A stretch of DNA of 64,000 nt, from assembly GCA_963693365.1 (NCBI GenBank), contig CAVNZM010000007.1, positions 9,049,962 through 9,113,961 of the forward strand, in the 5' to 3' direction. Below, in pieces: positions 1 through 21,937 of the stretch. The DNA is from Amoebidium appalachense (Eukaryota; Protista; Ichthyosporea). The first letter of the stretch is position 1; the number at the start of each line of letters is the position of its first letter. Below the pieces are notes generated by a model. It saw nothing but the letters and a program-made list of their open reading frames with translations, was not told the DNA's origin and made no database searches. The position numbers and the translations under genes were made by a program.

Positions 1-95
1 TCAAAATCCACCTTGAACAGCTGTCTTGGGCGGCCCTGTAGCTGATTTCATTATAGGAAAGTATAGCTAGCTGGTTCAGTATTAGCACAGGGAAA

Positions 96-10793
<10,698 letters not shown>

Positions 10794-11314
10794 CAGGGTG
10801 GCTACTGATGGTACTTGGACTGAGTGAAGGAATGTTTGGGCATTTTGAAAATGTTGACGCAGGAGCTCAGTAATAGTTGGTGCTCACAATTGCAATTAAT
10901 TGGGGGTGTTTTTGATGCTATTGGATGCGGCTTCTTGAAAGTTACCTCCGTGGCTGCAAGCCCATAGCGATATGTATGACAGTCACAGGGTTGAAATTTA
11001 TGTGTTGTTTCTGGTTGGTTTGCGTGCTTCTAAAAGGCAAATCTTTCTTCTTTTTTTCATATTTCCGTTCACTTTTTTCTTTGAAGTTTCATAGACATAA
11101 GTTTGGGCCAGATTTGGGTCCTTTTGAATGAAGGTTTTAACCATTACCAGTCGACAATAAAACTTCCAATTTCCCTATCCGTGCTTGGCTGTGGCCTGAG
11201 TTCAGACATGAAATTGCATGTGTGATGGTATTTGTTCATGTTGACTGAGAGTTGTGTGCATATCCATGCCTGCACAAGTAACATACTGTGCGTGTGATGC
11301 GGTCCGAGCATTAC

Positions 11315-11461
11315 CCTTGGGTCCTCCCTGAGGATGGGCTCTGCTTATGACGCATACTGTGCATATGGCTGATGTTGCATACTTGAATGTTTGCCTTTGC
11401 ATGTAACCTGCACCATGCTTCTCGTCGTGTATGCGTACTTCGTACCGTGTTCCGCATTCAA
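11315..11461 (+). mobile_element. Truncated copy, subfamily 2 of the same element
   Basis: CCCTGAGGATGGGCTCTGCTTATGACGCATAC...GTACTTCGTACCGTGTTCCGCATTCAA + poly-C. Matches 37664-37810 and 53087-53217. Confidence 0.85.
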
Positions 11462-11503
11462 CCCCCCTCCCCCCCCCCCCCCCCCCCCCCCCCCCCTTTT
11501 TTT

Positions 11504-11534
<31 letters not shown>

Positions 11535-12270
11535 TCGTCCTTCAGACTCTCGACGTGGGCATGCGAGAAAGGGAGAGAGTCGCATTACATTTTGCTCCCG
11601 TTTTGCTGTGTTCAGTGAGCACCACGAACTCTACACGTGCGCGTAGCTATAACAACTTTTTTCACTCGTATATGAAGCCTCGTGTTGCCGTATTAAATGT
11701 ATGCATATCTTGGTGACGTGTGCCTGCATGCCGTTTTTTGCTCACAAGGACACACACAAACGTTTGCACAGCCGTGACCAGTTAACCTCAGTAGTCGGAC
11801 ACGAAAGGAGAGATTTATTTATTATTTACTCGCGGCTGCATATCTATCATTAAGTGCAACCTGTTAGCTATCGTATTAGAACCGGAGGTTATTGGCGGTT
11901 TTATTCTCTTTTCTTCCTCTCTTCCTCAATATAACCGTTTTAAGATGACTATCCTAGATCACCTTATCAATGCTTCACAGTATGATATTGTGATCCGGTG
12001 TCTTAACTTTCTTTCGGAGCTACCGATGCTAGCCTCTGCTTACCCATAATATGTAATAGGGGTGTCATATACGTACACTACGATGGCGCTCATTGTTGCC
12101 TAGCATGTACATATGCCACTGGCTGCATTTGATTGGCTGCGCTGGAAAACACAGTAGGCCGTCGAATGTGGCTGGGCCTCCGGCAGTGTCCACGCAATAA
12201 AAAGTGTGTTGTAGACACCAAGTCCGTATCACATGTACGAAACCCCCCCCCCCCCCCCTCCCCCCCTCCC

Positions 12271-12628
12271 CCCGGGGAGGGACGACAGCATTGCGGAGGG
12301 GCTTCTGCGGAGGGGTCATTTTTCACCCCTCCGCAAAGTCACCCCTCCGCGCACTTGCGGAGGGGTGCGGAGGGGGTTTTCATGATTTTGCGGAGGGGTT
12401 TGACGGTTTTGCGGAGGGGTAAAAGTTAGGTTACGGAGGGGCTTTCTTACTTTGCGGAGGGTTGGACCCCTCTGCACCCCAGAAGTTATAATCCCCTCCG
12501 CACACCCCCATCCACCCCTCCGCGAGTGTCAGAATTCACGAAGCAGAGGGGTTTCAAGGAAGGGTGCCAAAAAAAACGACTCTGCGGAGGGGTTCAAAAA
12601 TATATCAAAAGTCCACTGCAGAGGGGTG

Positions 12629-12663
<35 letters not shown>

Positions 12664-12664
12664 G
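12271..12664. mobile_element. MITE/foldback-like element built from TGCGGAGGGG repeats (copy 1)
   Basis: Many copies of (TT)TGCGGAGGGG / CCCCTCCGCA in both orientations, with CCCGG...CCGGG ends. Inverted relative to 13331-13661 (shared ACCCCTCCGCAAAGTCACCCCTCCGCGC). Confidence 0.65.
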
Positions 12665-13297
12665 TTCGCGCATGATCATGAACTATCGGCATTGTTCTTT
12701 ACGCAAAAAGGTTAATATTTTTATAATGTGTAGGAGTATAAATGCCTGAAAAAATAGAGGACCTGAAGCTATTAATTAAAAGGTTATTTATTATATTTGA
12801 ATGAATAACTAGGATACTTCGAAGCAAAGAGAGTGCGCGTTGCGCGCCAGGTGTGCGCCTACGAAATATCTTGTCGCTAAGGTATGTATGTTTCTATTTT
12901 AGGGTATTATGATTGGCGCGATTTGAGATTTAGAGCTGTAACCAATCAGACAAGTTCTGAATTCAATCATTATTGAATGCATGTCACGACAGATTGATGC
13001 CGGTATGGAATGACATACCGGCACCTGTGCAGCCACGTGATTCATCACTTATTGTAGGCTGTGTTTCGCTTTCTAAATGCCGGTCGGTGTGACACACATC
13101 TGCTGTATCAAGGAAATTTAAGAATTAATTGAACATTGAACGCAAAACGCTCCTGAAAAAGTAAACTAACACCAAATACTTCAATATTTGGCTGCATACT
13201 TCCGGAGATCTATGTAGATCCAGTTCGGCGGCACCACGTGTGTTTACACGTGGCACAACCACCCACCGGCGCCGGCTGCGCAGTAGACTACGTACAC

Positions 13298-13330
<33 letters not shown>

Positions 13331-13335
<5 letters not shown>

Positions 13336-13661
13336 AGGCACCCCTCTTCCTCTCAAAAGTTGCCCCCCCGCAGTGCAACATTTTCGTCCCGCCCCTCTGC
13401 TCACCCTTCTGCAAGGTCTAAAGTTTGGCACACGCAGAGGGGTGTGCGGAGGGGTTTTTCTAGCTTTGCGGAGGGGTGGGCGGAGGGGTGTCCTCCCCGC
13501 AACCCCTCCGCAAAGCTATAAAGACCCCTCGGCACCCCTCCGCGAAGTCATAAAACCTCTCCGCAATGTCGTTTCTTCGGCGCGGAGGGGTGACTTTGCG
13601 GAGGGGTCAAATTCACTGGGCCCCTCCGCAGACGACCATCCGCAAAGTGCGCCACCCCGGG
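13331..13661. mobile_element. MITE/foldback-like element built from TGCGGAGGGG repeats (copy 2, inverted)
   Basis: Same repeated 10-12-mer and CCCGG...CCGGG ends. Its reverse complement aligns imperfectly with 12271-12664. Confidence 0.65.
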
Positions 13662-14480
13662 CCCCAGGAGGCCCCCCCCCCCCCCCCCTCGGACCCTGTC
13701 TTTCCTTGTTCCTTTTTTCTCCCTGGGAGGATTACACAAGTTATTGCCACGGACGATTAGGCTGGAATGCGCACATCATAGTGACAGACGACTACCGGGA
13801 CATGCCCTGGCCTTAGAGCCCTATACTGTATCAACACAGCGCTGGCTGGCAGGCGGGTGGGTAGCCTGTGCCTGTGAGGTCTAGGGAGAAGCCACAACCT
13901 AGATCCGATTCAATCTGAGCCAATCAAATGGTGCTGTACTTCAGCTATTGGCGATGCGTTTTTAACCAATCCGATATCTCGCTGTAATTGCTCTTCGGCA
14001 TTCTTTTGAGAGGGAACACAAAACGTGTTTTAGAACAGTCACTCACACGAACCTTTTGTCTGTACATAAAAACCTTATATTGCGATACATGTGCGAGTTC
14101 TAGAGTATTGCTTAGGCTTGCAGGCTATAACACTTGTATATACACACAAGGGGCAAGCCAACGTGCAACCCACGGTTGGATGCTTGAGTGAAGAAGGTGC
14201 ACGAACACATGGGGTCACCAGATTCGGATCTGCCTCGTGCCCGGTTTAACGAATTCGCATCCAAAACTTTTCGAGCTCAAACGTAGGCTATTCCATCCGA
14301 AAGGCATTTTTTGCTAAGCATATTCAAATATTACTATCTCTTGCCCACGTAAATTCAGGTGTGCGGTACAGCATCGGTGTTGGCGCATAACGAACATCAA
14401 GCACAGATCCCGTGTATAATCCAGATACACACCACAGCAAGTATCCGAAGTCGTAACCGTTCGGATTTACACATGCAACC

Positions 14481-17455
14481 ATGTATCATTCACAATCAGT
14501 AGACAGTTTAGCCTCACCACCGTCTAAACTATCGAACATACACATAGGCACCACGGGGGCACCACCACATCCCAGCGTAATTGCGCACAGGCTCAAGCGT
14601 GACATCGAGATGAAGAAGGCTGCTCACGTCGATTTTGGGGCTACGTTTGCCAAAATAAACAGAAGGATGTATGTTGCTGGTATAAGAGTAGGCTCACCAG
14701 CGTATTGTGCGGGCCTTTATGTTGGCGACTGGATATGCAGGTGTGTAATAAGTCCCCGACTCATTCCCCATCCGATTTAGCACTTTTGCCAGTGGACTCC
14801 GATCCATCTGACCATGTTCACACCGATCGACCAACGCGTGTGCGCATGAGAGATGAAAAACCATTCTTCAGCCAAAGTCTTTCAAGCATGGTATAAAAGA
14901 GGATTCTGAAGTGGTGGGAAAGGAGAGATGTAGATATTTCTGTTACCTAGAAATTGCAATGCTCTTCTTTTGCCCACACGCATTGTTTGTGCATTTGTAC
15001 TCATTGACAAGTAGGCTATGTACTATATCTGTGAGACGATTTTGACCCGCAGTGGGCTCTCTGATAGCCTCGTGGTGCGGGCACGTATAAAAACATAAAT
15101 ATGATAGATTTGTTATACCTGTTTACGCGTGCCACTTGAGCACAGACAAGTGCACACAACATTCAAGGATGTCATTGTGATTGCCCATTCGATTGCCCAT
15201 GACGTGTGAATTTGGGTAAACACCCACACACATAGTCTGGTTCATTTGCTACGTGCAGCACATTCTGGATCATGGACGGCAAAAGTTTGGAAAATAGCAA
15301 TGTGTGCCTTTTTTCTTGCATCAAATCATGTATTATCAGACGATATTTGCATATTTATGAAGCCTGCAAGTTGTCTGAATTCAACCTATAGGGCCGCGCA
15401 CCCCAGAATAACTATGGAAGCAGCTGGCAATGCAGATATTTGGGCCATCTGATATAGTACCTATATTAGTCAGGAAAGCATGCCCCCAGAAGCTTTTGCA
15501 GCTATGTACAGTATCCATTATCCAGAAAGTGTGCGGCAGAATGTTCCTGCACCACAAGCTGGTCTATGATTAGGCACATAATCCCTTAACAGCAGTTAGA
15601 AAATCAAACCACCTTTTCCAAAAACTTTGTGGCACCCGGTTATTTCCAATTCCCTTTACCTTAATCATTCATATTATGCCATATGTTCCTGTGACTTCCC
15701 TTAGCTAACCAATCGGCCGTTTCTCATTGGCCATACATACACTCAGATACGGCACCAACGAAGCCAGCCGAGCCGAGCCTGAGCAGGTATCTCGCTACCT
15801 CCTAGTGACCAAGGACATCAGTCTGGAGCTAGTTGATAAGGAGTTGATCACGTGCCACGAGCTGCCCTGCCCACTGCCAGCAGATCTCGGCATAGTATAC
15901 AATTCGGGCCACTTGGTTTCGGTTCGACCCGGCTCGATTGCCGATCAGGCACATATCCAACCGGGCTGGGCGATAGTTGGGGTGGACGGGGAAGACCTTC
16001 TTAGCATGTCGGATGCTGAGGTGATGGCTAGACTGAAGAGAGCACAGGCGAGAAAAGACGGGGTTGTACTGGTAGGCCTACCCCCTCCCCCCCCCCCTCC
16101 CCCCCCCCCCTCCCTTCCCCTCCCCCCCCCCTCCCCCCCTCCGGACCCCCCTCGCCCCGCGGGGGGCCCACCTATACCTCCCTCCGAACTAGCTACCCCC
16201 CCCCCCTCCCCCCCCCTCCCCCCCTCCTTTACCCCGGCCCACCACTCTCCCCCCTCTCAGCCCCCACACACAATAAAGAGAAAAAAGAGGTGGTTGGGGA
16301 GCAAAACGACCCCCGTACCCTTTCTTCCCTTCCCTTCGACCCTTCCCCCCTTTCCCCCCCCCCCCCTCCCCCCCCCCCCCCCCCGCACCCCCTCCCCCCG
16401 CCCCCCATCTCCGCGCGCACCCCCCCCCCACCCACCAACACACACACACACACCACCACGTGCACCACACCATCAAACACCTCAACCACCCTCTCCCCAT
16501 CCACTCTCGCACAACCCACACATCACCATACAATTTGAAAGCAACCGCGACTAAATACCTACGTGGACGTTAATGAATACGGTGCCGTACCCCTCAGGTG
16601 GACTGTATGGATGACGTCACTGCCAGTGCTCTTGTTGCTGCGCGCTGCCCCCAACCCCCGGCCCGGGCCAGCCTTCTTAGTCTACCGCGGTTGAGTCTCT
16701 CACAGACACCCTCCCCACGTGCAAGTACCGACAGTTCACCATCCATCACACCGAGAGCAAGTGCAAGCCAGCCAACCACAAATCTGAACACCCCCACAAC
16801 CCCGCGAAATTTCAGCCATAGCATGGACGAATTTCTGGGACATGGGTTTACCCCCACACCAAGACTGGCTCGGAGTAGCACCGAGTCACCTCTGTCGCAG
16901 CCACCACAAGTACAATCCCCCCCACAGCCAGATTTTCCATCTCTCGAAGGAGCTTTTACTTCTGAAATTTCACAACCCCCAGCCCAAGCAACCAATCAGC
17001 AAGCACAAAGAGCCCAAGACCATCTGCACTCAACCAGCCAGTTTTCTTCCTCTGTTTATTTTTCTGCATCCGCGAGCGATCTCATACAAACCCCGCAAAG
17101 TCCCACCAGCCCCACACCCCCACCTGCAATTATTTACACAGAAGGGCTTACCGGAAGTCTTGAAAACATCAGCCTAGGATCTTTAACCCTCGGTCTTACC
17201 CCCATACATGCGGCACACCAACACACGAATCATTCTTTAGCAGGAACAAACAGGGGGGCTAGTAATCTAGGCAGCTGTGGTAGAAGGGGATGGGGTTCCA
17301 GTAGTGATATTAGTAATCCGTCGTCTGGGCAGCAATCATCCACGTGCACACAAGGTATGGGGGCCAGGAAATCGGCAGGCCCGGCCTGGCCCATACATAA
17401 ACCGCTCACACAGCAACAGTCTAAAGATAGTGGCCATGTGCCAACATCGGTGTAG
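14481..17455 (+). CDS. Syntenin-like tandem-PDZ protein with long Ser/Pro/Thr-rich tail, 3 exons
   Basis: Exons 14481-14740, 15747-16071 and 16598-17455 splice in frame (phase 2, phase 0). PDZ1: DFGATF...MYVAGIRVGSPAYCAGLYVGDWICR. PDZ2: DLGIVYNSGHLVSVRPGSIADQAHIQPGWAIVGVDGEDL...EVMARLK. Ends ...VPTSV*. Confidence 0.75.
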
Positions 17456-17914
17456 CTAGCCATCGATTGCACGGGACTTAGGTATAATATTTGTACTGAT
17501 AGTAGATGCGGCAACTTTCTCACACTTGTTCTAGAGACGACATTATGAGGTGTGCTGCCTAATTTTTTCCTCAAATAAACAAAAAGATTGCGTTTTGATT
17601 GATGGACTTCCCGGAATCCGAAGCCTGAGTGAGCCATATATATATCCGGGATGCACAGTGGGGGCCATATTCAAGTGAAGCAATGTATGTTGGGGTTTGC
17701 ACACGAGGGGTGACCATTGGGCCGACAATCAGTATATTGTGGATGACTGGACCCCCTATGCATGAGGGTGGGCTCTTGCTATGATGCACCGTCATGTTCT
17801 CTGCGTCACGGTGCCCTTTTTTGCAAGATCAGCATTGTATTATCCATTGGGAATCATGGGTGTACTCTGCAGTCTGCGGAGTTACCCCTCCCCCCCCCCC
17901 CTCTCCCTCCACCA

Positions 17915-17948
<34 letters not shown>

Positions 17949-18885
17949 TCACCAAAAGATTTGAACTACGTTGCCAACTTTTGCCACCTATGTTAATCAC
18001 TGAACTATAACGGGACGCACGTGGATAGGATACAAAATCCGTATACACTAGACACCAAAGTAACTGTTACACCGGCCACCTGCCAGGTAGCGACATAGAG
18101 CTCGTGTGCATGGTGTTGTGACCGACCGCTGGTGCATGACCCACATGTGCACTACATACCTGATCAGCTGAATCACACCAGTAGTCATGATATGATTTAC
18201 TGCGTAATCAATGAAGGCGGCAGGTCGAAATACCCACCATGTCAGGCGCTGGGTGCGCCATTTATGTTCATACAGCCACTATTAGCCTATCATACCATAC
18301 ATCTGTGCAGACACATATGATACCTATAACACATTGCCCATCCACCACTCAAACTCACCATATACTATGGGAATGGCACTCCATCTTCAAGATGTCACCT
18401 CTCAAAAAAATTGTCGGCCCAATCGGCCCAGTATGCCCTCTGAGCTGTCTCCTATCATAGTTTCGCTATCTATCTAGTCCCCCTACCCACCTACCCAGAC
18501 ACCCCACACACATGCGTTCATATGGGCACCCTACAAAATGATGAGAGCAAAAGAAAGAAACTGAAGGCCAAATTGCACATTGTTGGCAACCAAACAGCAA
18601 TAGCTACATGCAGGCCTGAACAGAAGAGTTTGAAATACCACCCACAGGTCACACAACCTACAAAGCAAACTCCTAGCGGCAATACTTCAGCCAAATTCCT
18701 CACACATGCTGCAATTATGCAAAAGACAAAAAAAGAAAAAAAAGGCAGACCGATGCCAAGTTCAGCACATGCTGCAATTATGCAGAAGACAGAAAAAAAA
18801 AGGGCAGACCGATGCCAAGTTCAGCAAAAAAAAGGGGGAGGGAAATTAAAAATTGGCTGGGGCCTCACATTACTTCCCCCCCCCC

Positions 18886-18916
<31 letters not shown>

Positions 18917-19092
18917 ACAGACACATACATACACACGTCCACCCTTTTTCCTTTTTCGGTTCTACCTTACATACTTCATCACTAAGATAAGAGCGTAGAT
19001 AGCAAAATGAAAGGAGGGATTAGACCACCCTAATGAACCGGGAGACCCAACCTTCCCAAAACCCAATATCGCATAGCCACCACAAAATTGGG

Positions 19093-19488
19093 CTAGAGCA
19101 TAATGTAGTTGCTGTCGTCCGACTCCTCGCAACACACCACATGCTCTGTGAGTGGGGTAGCAATCTTGTTGCTGATGTGGTTGGTGCTAAAGTGGTTGAG
19201 TAGAGACAGCATGCTGGGGAATCTCTTCCCGTTGAGCATAAACTCCCCGTTCTCCTGTGGCACAGTCAGGTGCAGCGTCTTGTTGACGTACCTGCACACA
19301 CACAAACCACAGTCAGCACTTCCTCTGCCCTTCTTTCTCTGAATCCTGCTAGGTGTCCTTGCAATATGCTGCAAAGACAAGCATACTCAAGGGCAGGCAG
19401 ATACAGTAGTTCACAGGTGCCTGATCGCGGTATGGTGTGGAATGTGTGGAAAGTCTGCGCGTGCACGCCGTGCGTGTGTGTGTGTGTG

Positions 19489-19555
<67 letters not shown>

Positions 19556-20449
19556 AAGCGTGTGTGTGTGCATGCATGTGTCGAACACAAACTTTTTCTA
19601 GAATTTTTTTTTTGTAATACCAAAAAATAAAAAAGTGTATTTTTACCCCGAATGCCCACTTACTTCAAATCTGAACTCGCAACCAATCATCAAAGCAGTC
19701 TGATATCAACCTGAACTACCAACTTATGCTTCATTCTAGCCTTTAGTCCTTAACTTTGAAGCAGTTAATATCGATTCCACTTACCGCATTGTGATGATGT
19801 AGACACCCTTCTCGTCATTGTAGCGCAGCAGCCATGCGCCGTCTTTCCTGCCCCCCAGCAGGCCCTCCATGTACTCTCGCCTCTGCTCCTGCTTGCTCGG
19901 GTCCTTGAGGCTGGCCGGCAGCCGCAGGAACCAACTGGGTGGGTTGTGTGTCACAAACCAGCCGTAACACTCTCCCCTCCCCCTCTTCCCCCCTTCCTCC
20001 TCTTCCCCCCCTTCCTCCTCCCCCCCCCCCCCCCCTCCCCCCCCCCCCAAAAAAAAGGAAAAACAAAAACAAACACACTCATACACACACGAATAAAAAG
20101 ATAAAAAGAAAATCACACATCCACCCACACGCACACACGCACGCACACACACACACACAGAAAATGACCTCCCCTCCCCCCCTCCCCGGGCTCCGCCCCT
20201 ACACCAGTTGAAAACCACAGTCTATGTCATCCTGCCTACACGACATACCCCTGCATGAGTGTATGTTTGAATGCATACGTTATGAAAGTAGCAGTGATCA
20301 ATGTTCACATGCATGTGTGGGCACTTATTGGAGGTGTGTACATGTGGATGTGCCTTGCTCCTACGTGTGAGGGCAAGTATGGATGATGCACATCGGCTCG
20401 TATGTGAGTGAATATGGATGAGCACCGTGATAGTGGTGGTGGTGGTGGT

Positions 20450-20525
<76 letters not shown>

Positions 20526-20581
20526 TTTCTGTGTGTGTGTGTGTGTTGCGGGGGTGGGATGGTGTGGGGGGTGGTGTGTGT

Positions 20582-20612
<31 letters not shown>

Positions 20613-21073
20613 GGGGTTGCATGCGGGTGTAGCATCGCGTAACACACTACTTCACGGATGCACCCTTGTGCGCAAGCACTCAGATACAAACATGTAAATC
20701 ACCCCGCTCACCTGCAGCTCTCCAGTGTGTCTGCATCCATAACCACAGGTCCATCCTCCCCCTCACTCCCTGCTACCGCCGCCGCTGGCGCCTGGGGGGC
20801 CGGCTGAGCCGGCTCTGAGGGTTGAGCCGTATGAAGTGGCTGGGCCGGGGAGGGAGGCGTAGGTGCCTCGGCTGATGTTTCGTGTTGAATTGGGGGGGTG
20901 CCTGGCTCAACACGGACAGGTACCGAGTGTGGTGGTGGCGCTTGGGACATGGGTGGGGGAGGGTTTTGCAAGACGAAGGGGGTATTTGCGTAGATGTCGT
21001 TGTTGGGTTGGGTGGCAGTTGCCTGTAAGCCCTGGTTCCATGAATTGCGGCTGGTACCGCTGTCGTTGGATCC

Positions 21074-21104
<31 letters not shown>

Positions 21105-21160
21105 CATGTGTGCACGTGTGATTGTGCGATTGGTTGCGTGCGCAGAACGGCAATCGTGAA

Positions 21161-21238
<78 letters not shown>

Positions 21239-21749
21239 CGTGTGTGTTTGTGTGTGCGTGTGAGCGCACGTTTGTGTGTATGCATACATGTGCCGTGATT
21301 GTGCGCATGCTCGGTGTGTGTGTGTGCATGATCGTGTATGCATTCTTTGTAGTTGCAAACGGCACGAGTAGGTGTGCGATTGGAGTATGCGTATGCGTAC
21401 ACGTATATGTGGGTGTGGGAACAACCGAATTAGTCACTGTTTGGCTACAAAGGCCTGTACATATGCGTGTGCAGGAGCAGAAAGGAGGCAAGCAAGTGAT
21501 AGAGTGCCTCCATGTAAATGCGTGCTTTATATGTGTTGCTGGATATAAACTTTTACCTGTTTGTTCCTTGTTCCGCACACATGTATAGGTGTGAGTTTGG
21601 CCCCTGGCCCAACGAGCCACATCACTAAAGCTACGGAACAATATATGTAAACTTTGGTGTGGGGAGTTGCAGGTGTGTCATCATTGTGTGAGGCACAAGG
21701 CAGGCAGCCCGAAGGCGCACCAGCTTTCGAAAGTGTGCCCGGGGGGGAA

Positions 21750-21784
<35 letters not shown>

Positions 21785-21904
21785 GGGGAGCTGGAATGTG
21801 TTGCATGGTGAGTACACAAATAGAATTCATCAAAAGCAGAGCCCCCTTTCTCAGAGGGGCTAAGGGAGGGTAGTGGTGGTGGTGGAGATGGTGGTTGTGG
21901 TGAT

Positions 21905-21937
<33 letters not shown>

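Noticed and set aside
12290-12630. CRISPR-like array
   Set aside because: The repeats are only 10-12 nt, in mixed orientation and irregularly spaced. The context is eukaryotic and no cas genes are present.
14705-14896. Extra PDZ-gene exon (RVRMRDEKPFF)
   Set aside because: Exon 1 (phase 2) joins 15747 directly and completes PDZ1. The acceptor phases here do not match the strong donor at 14741.
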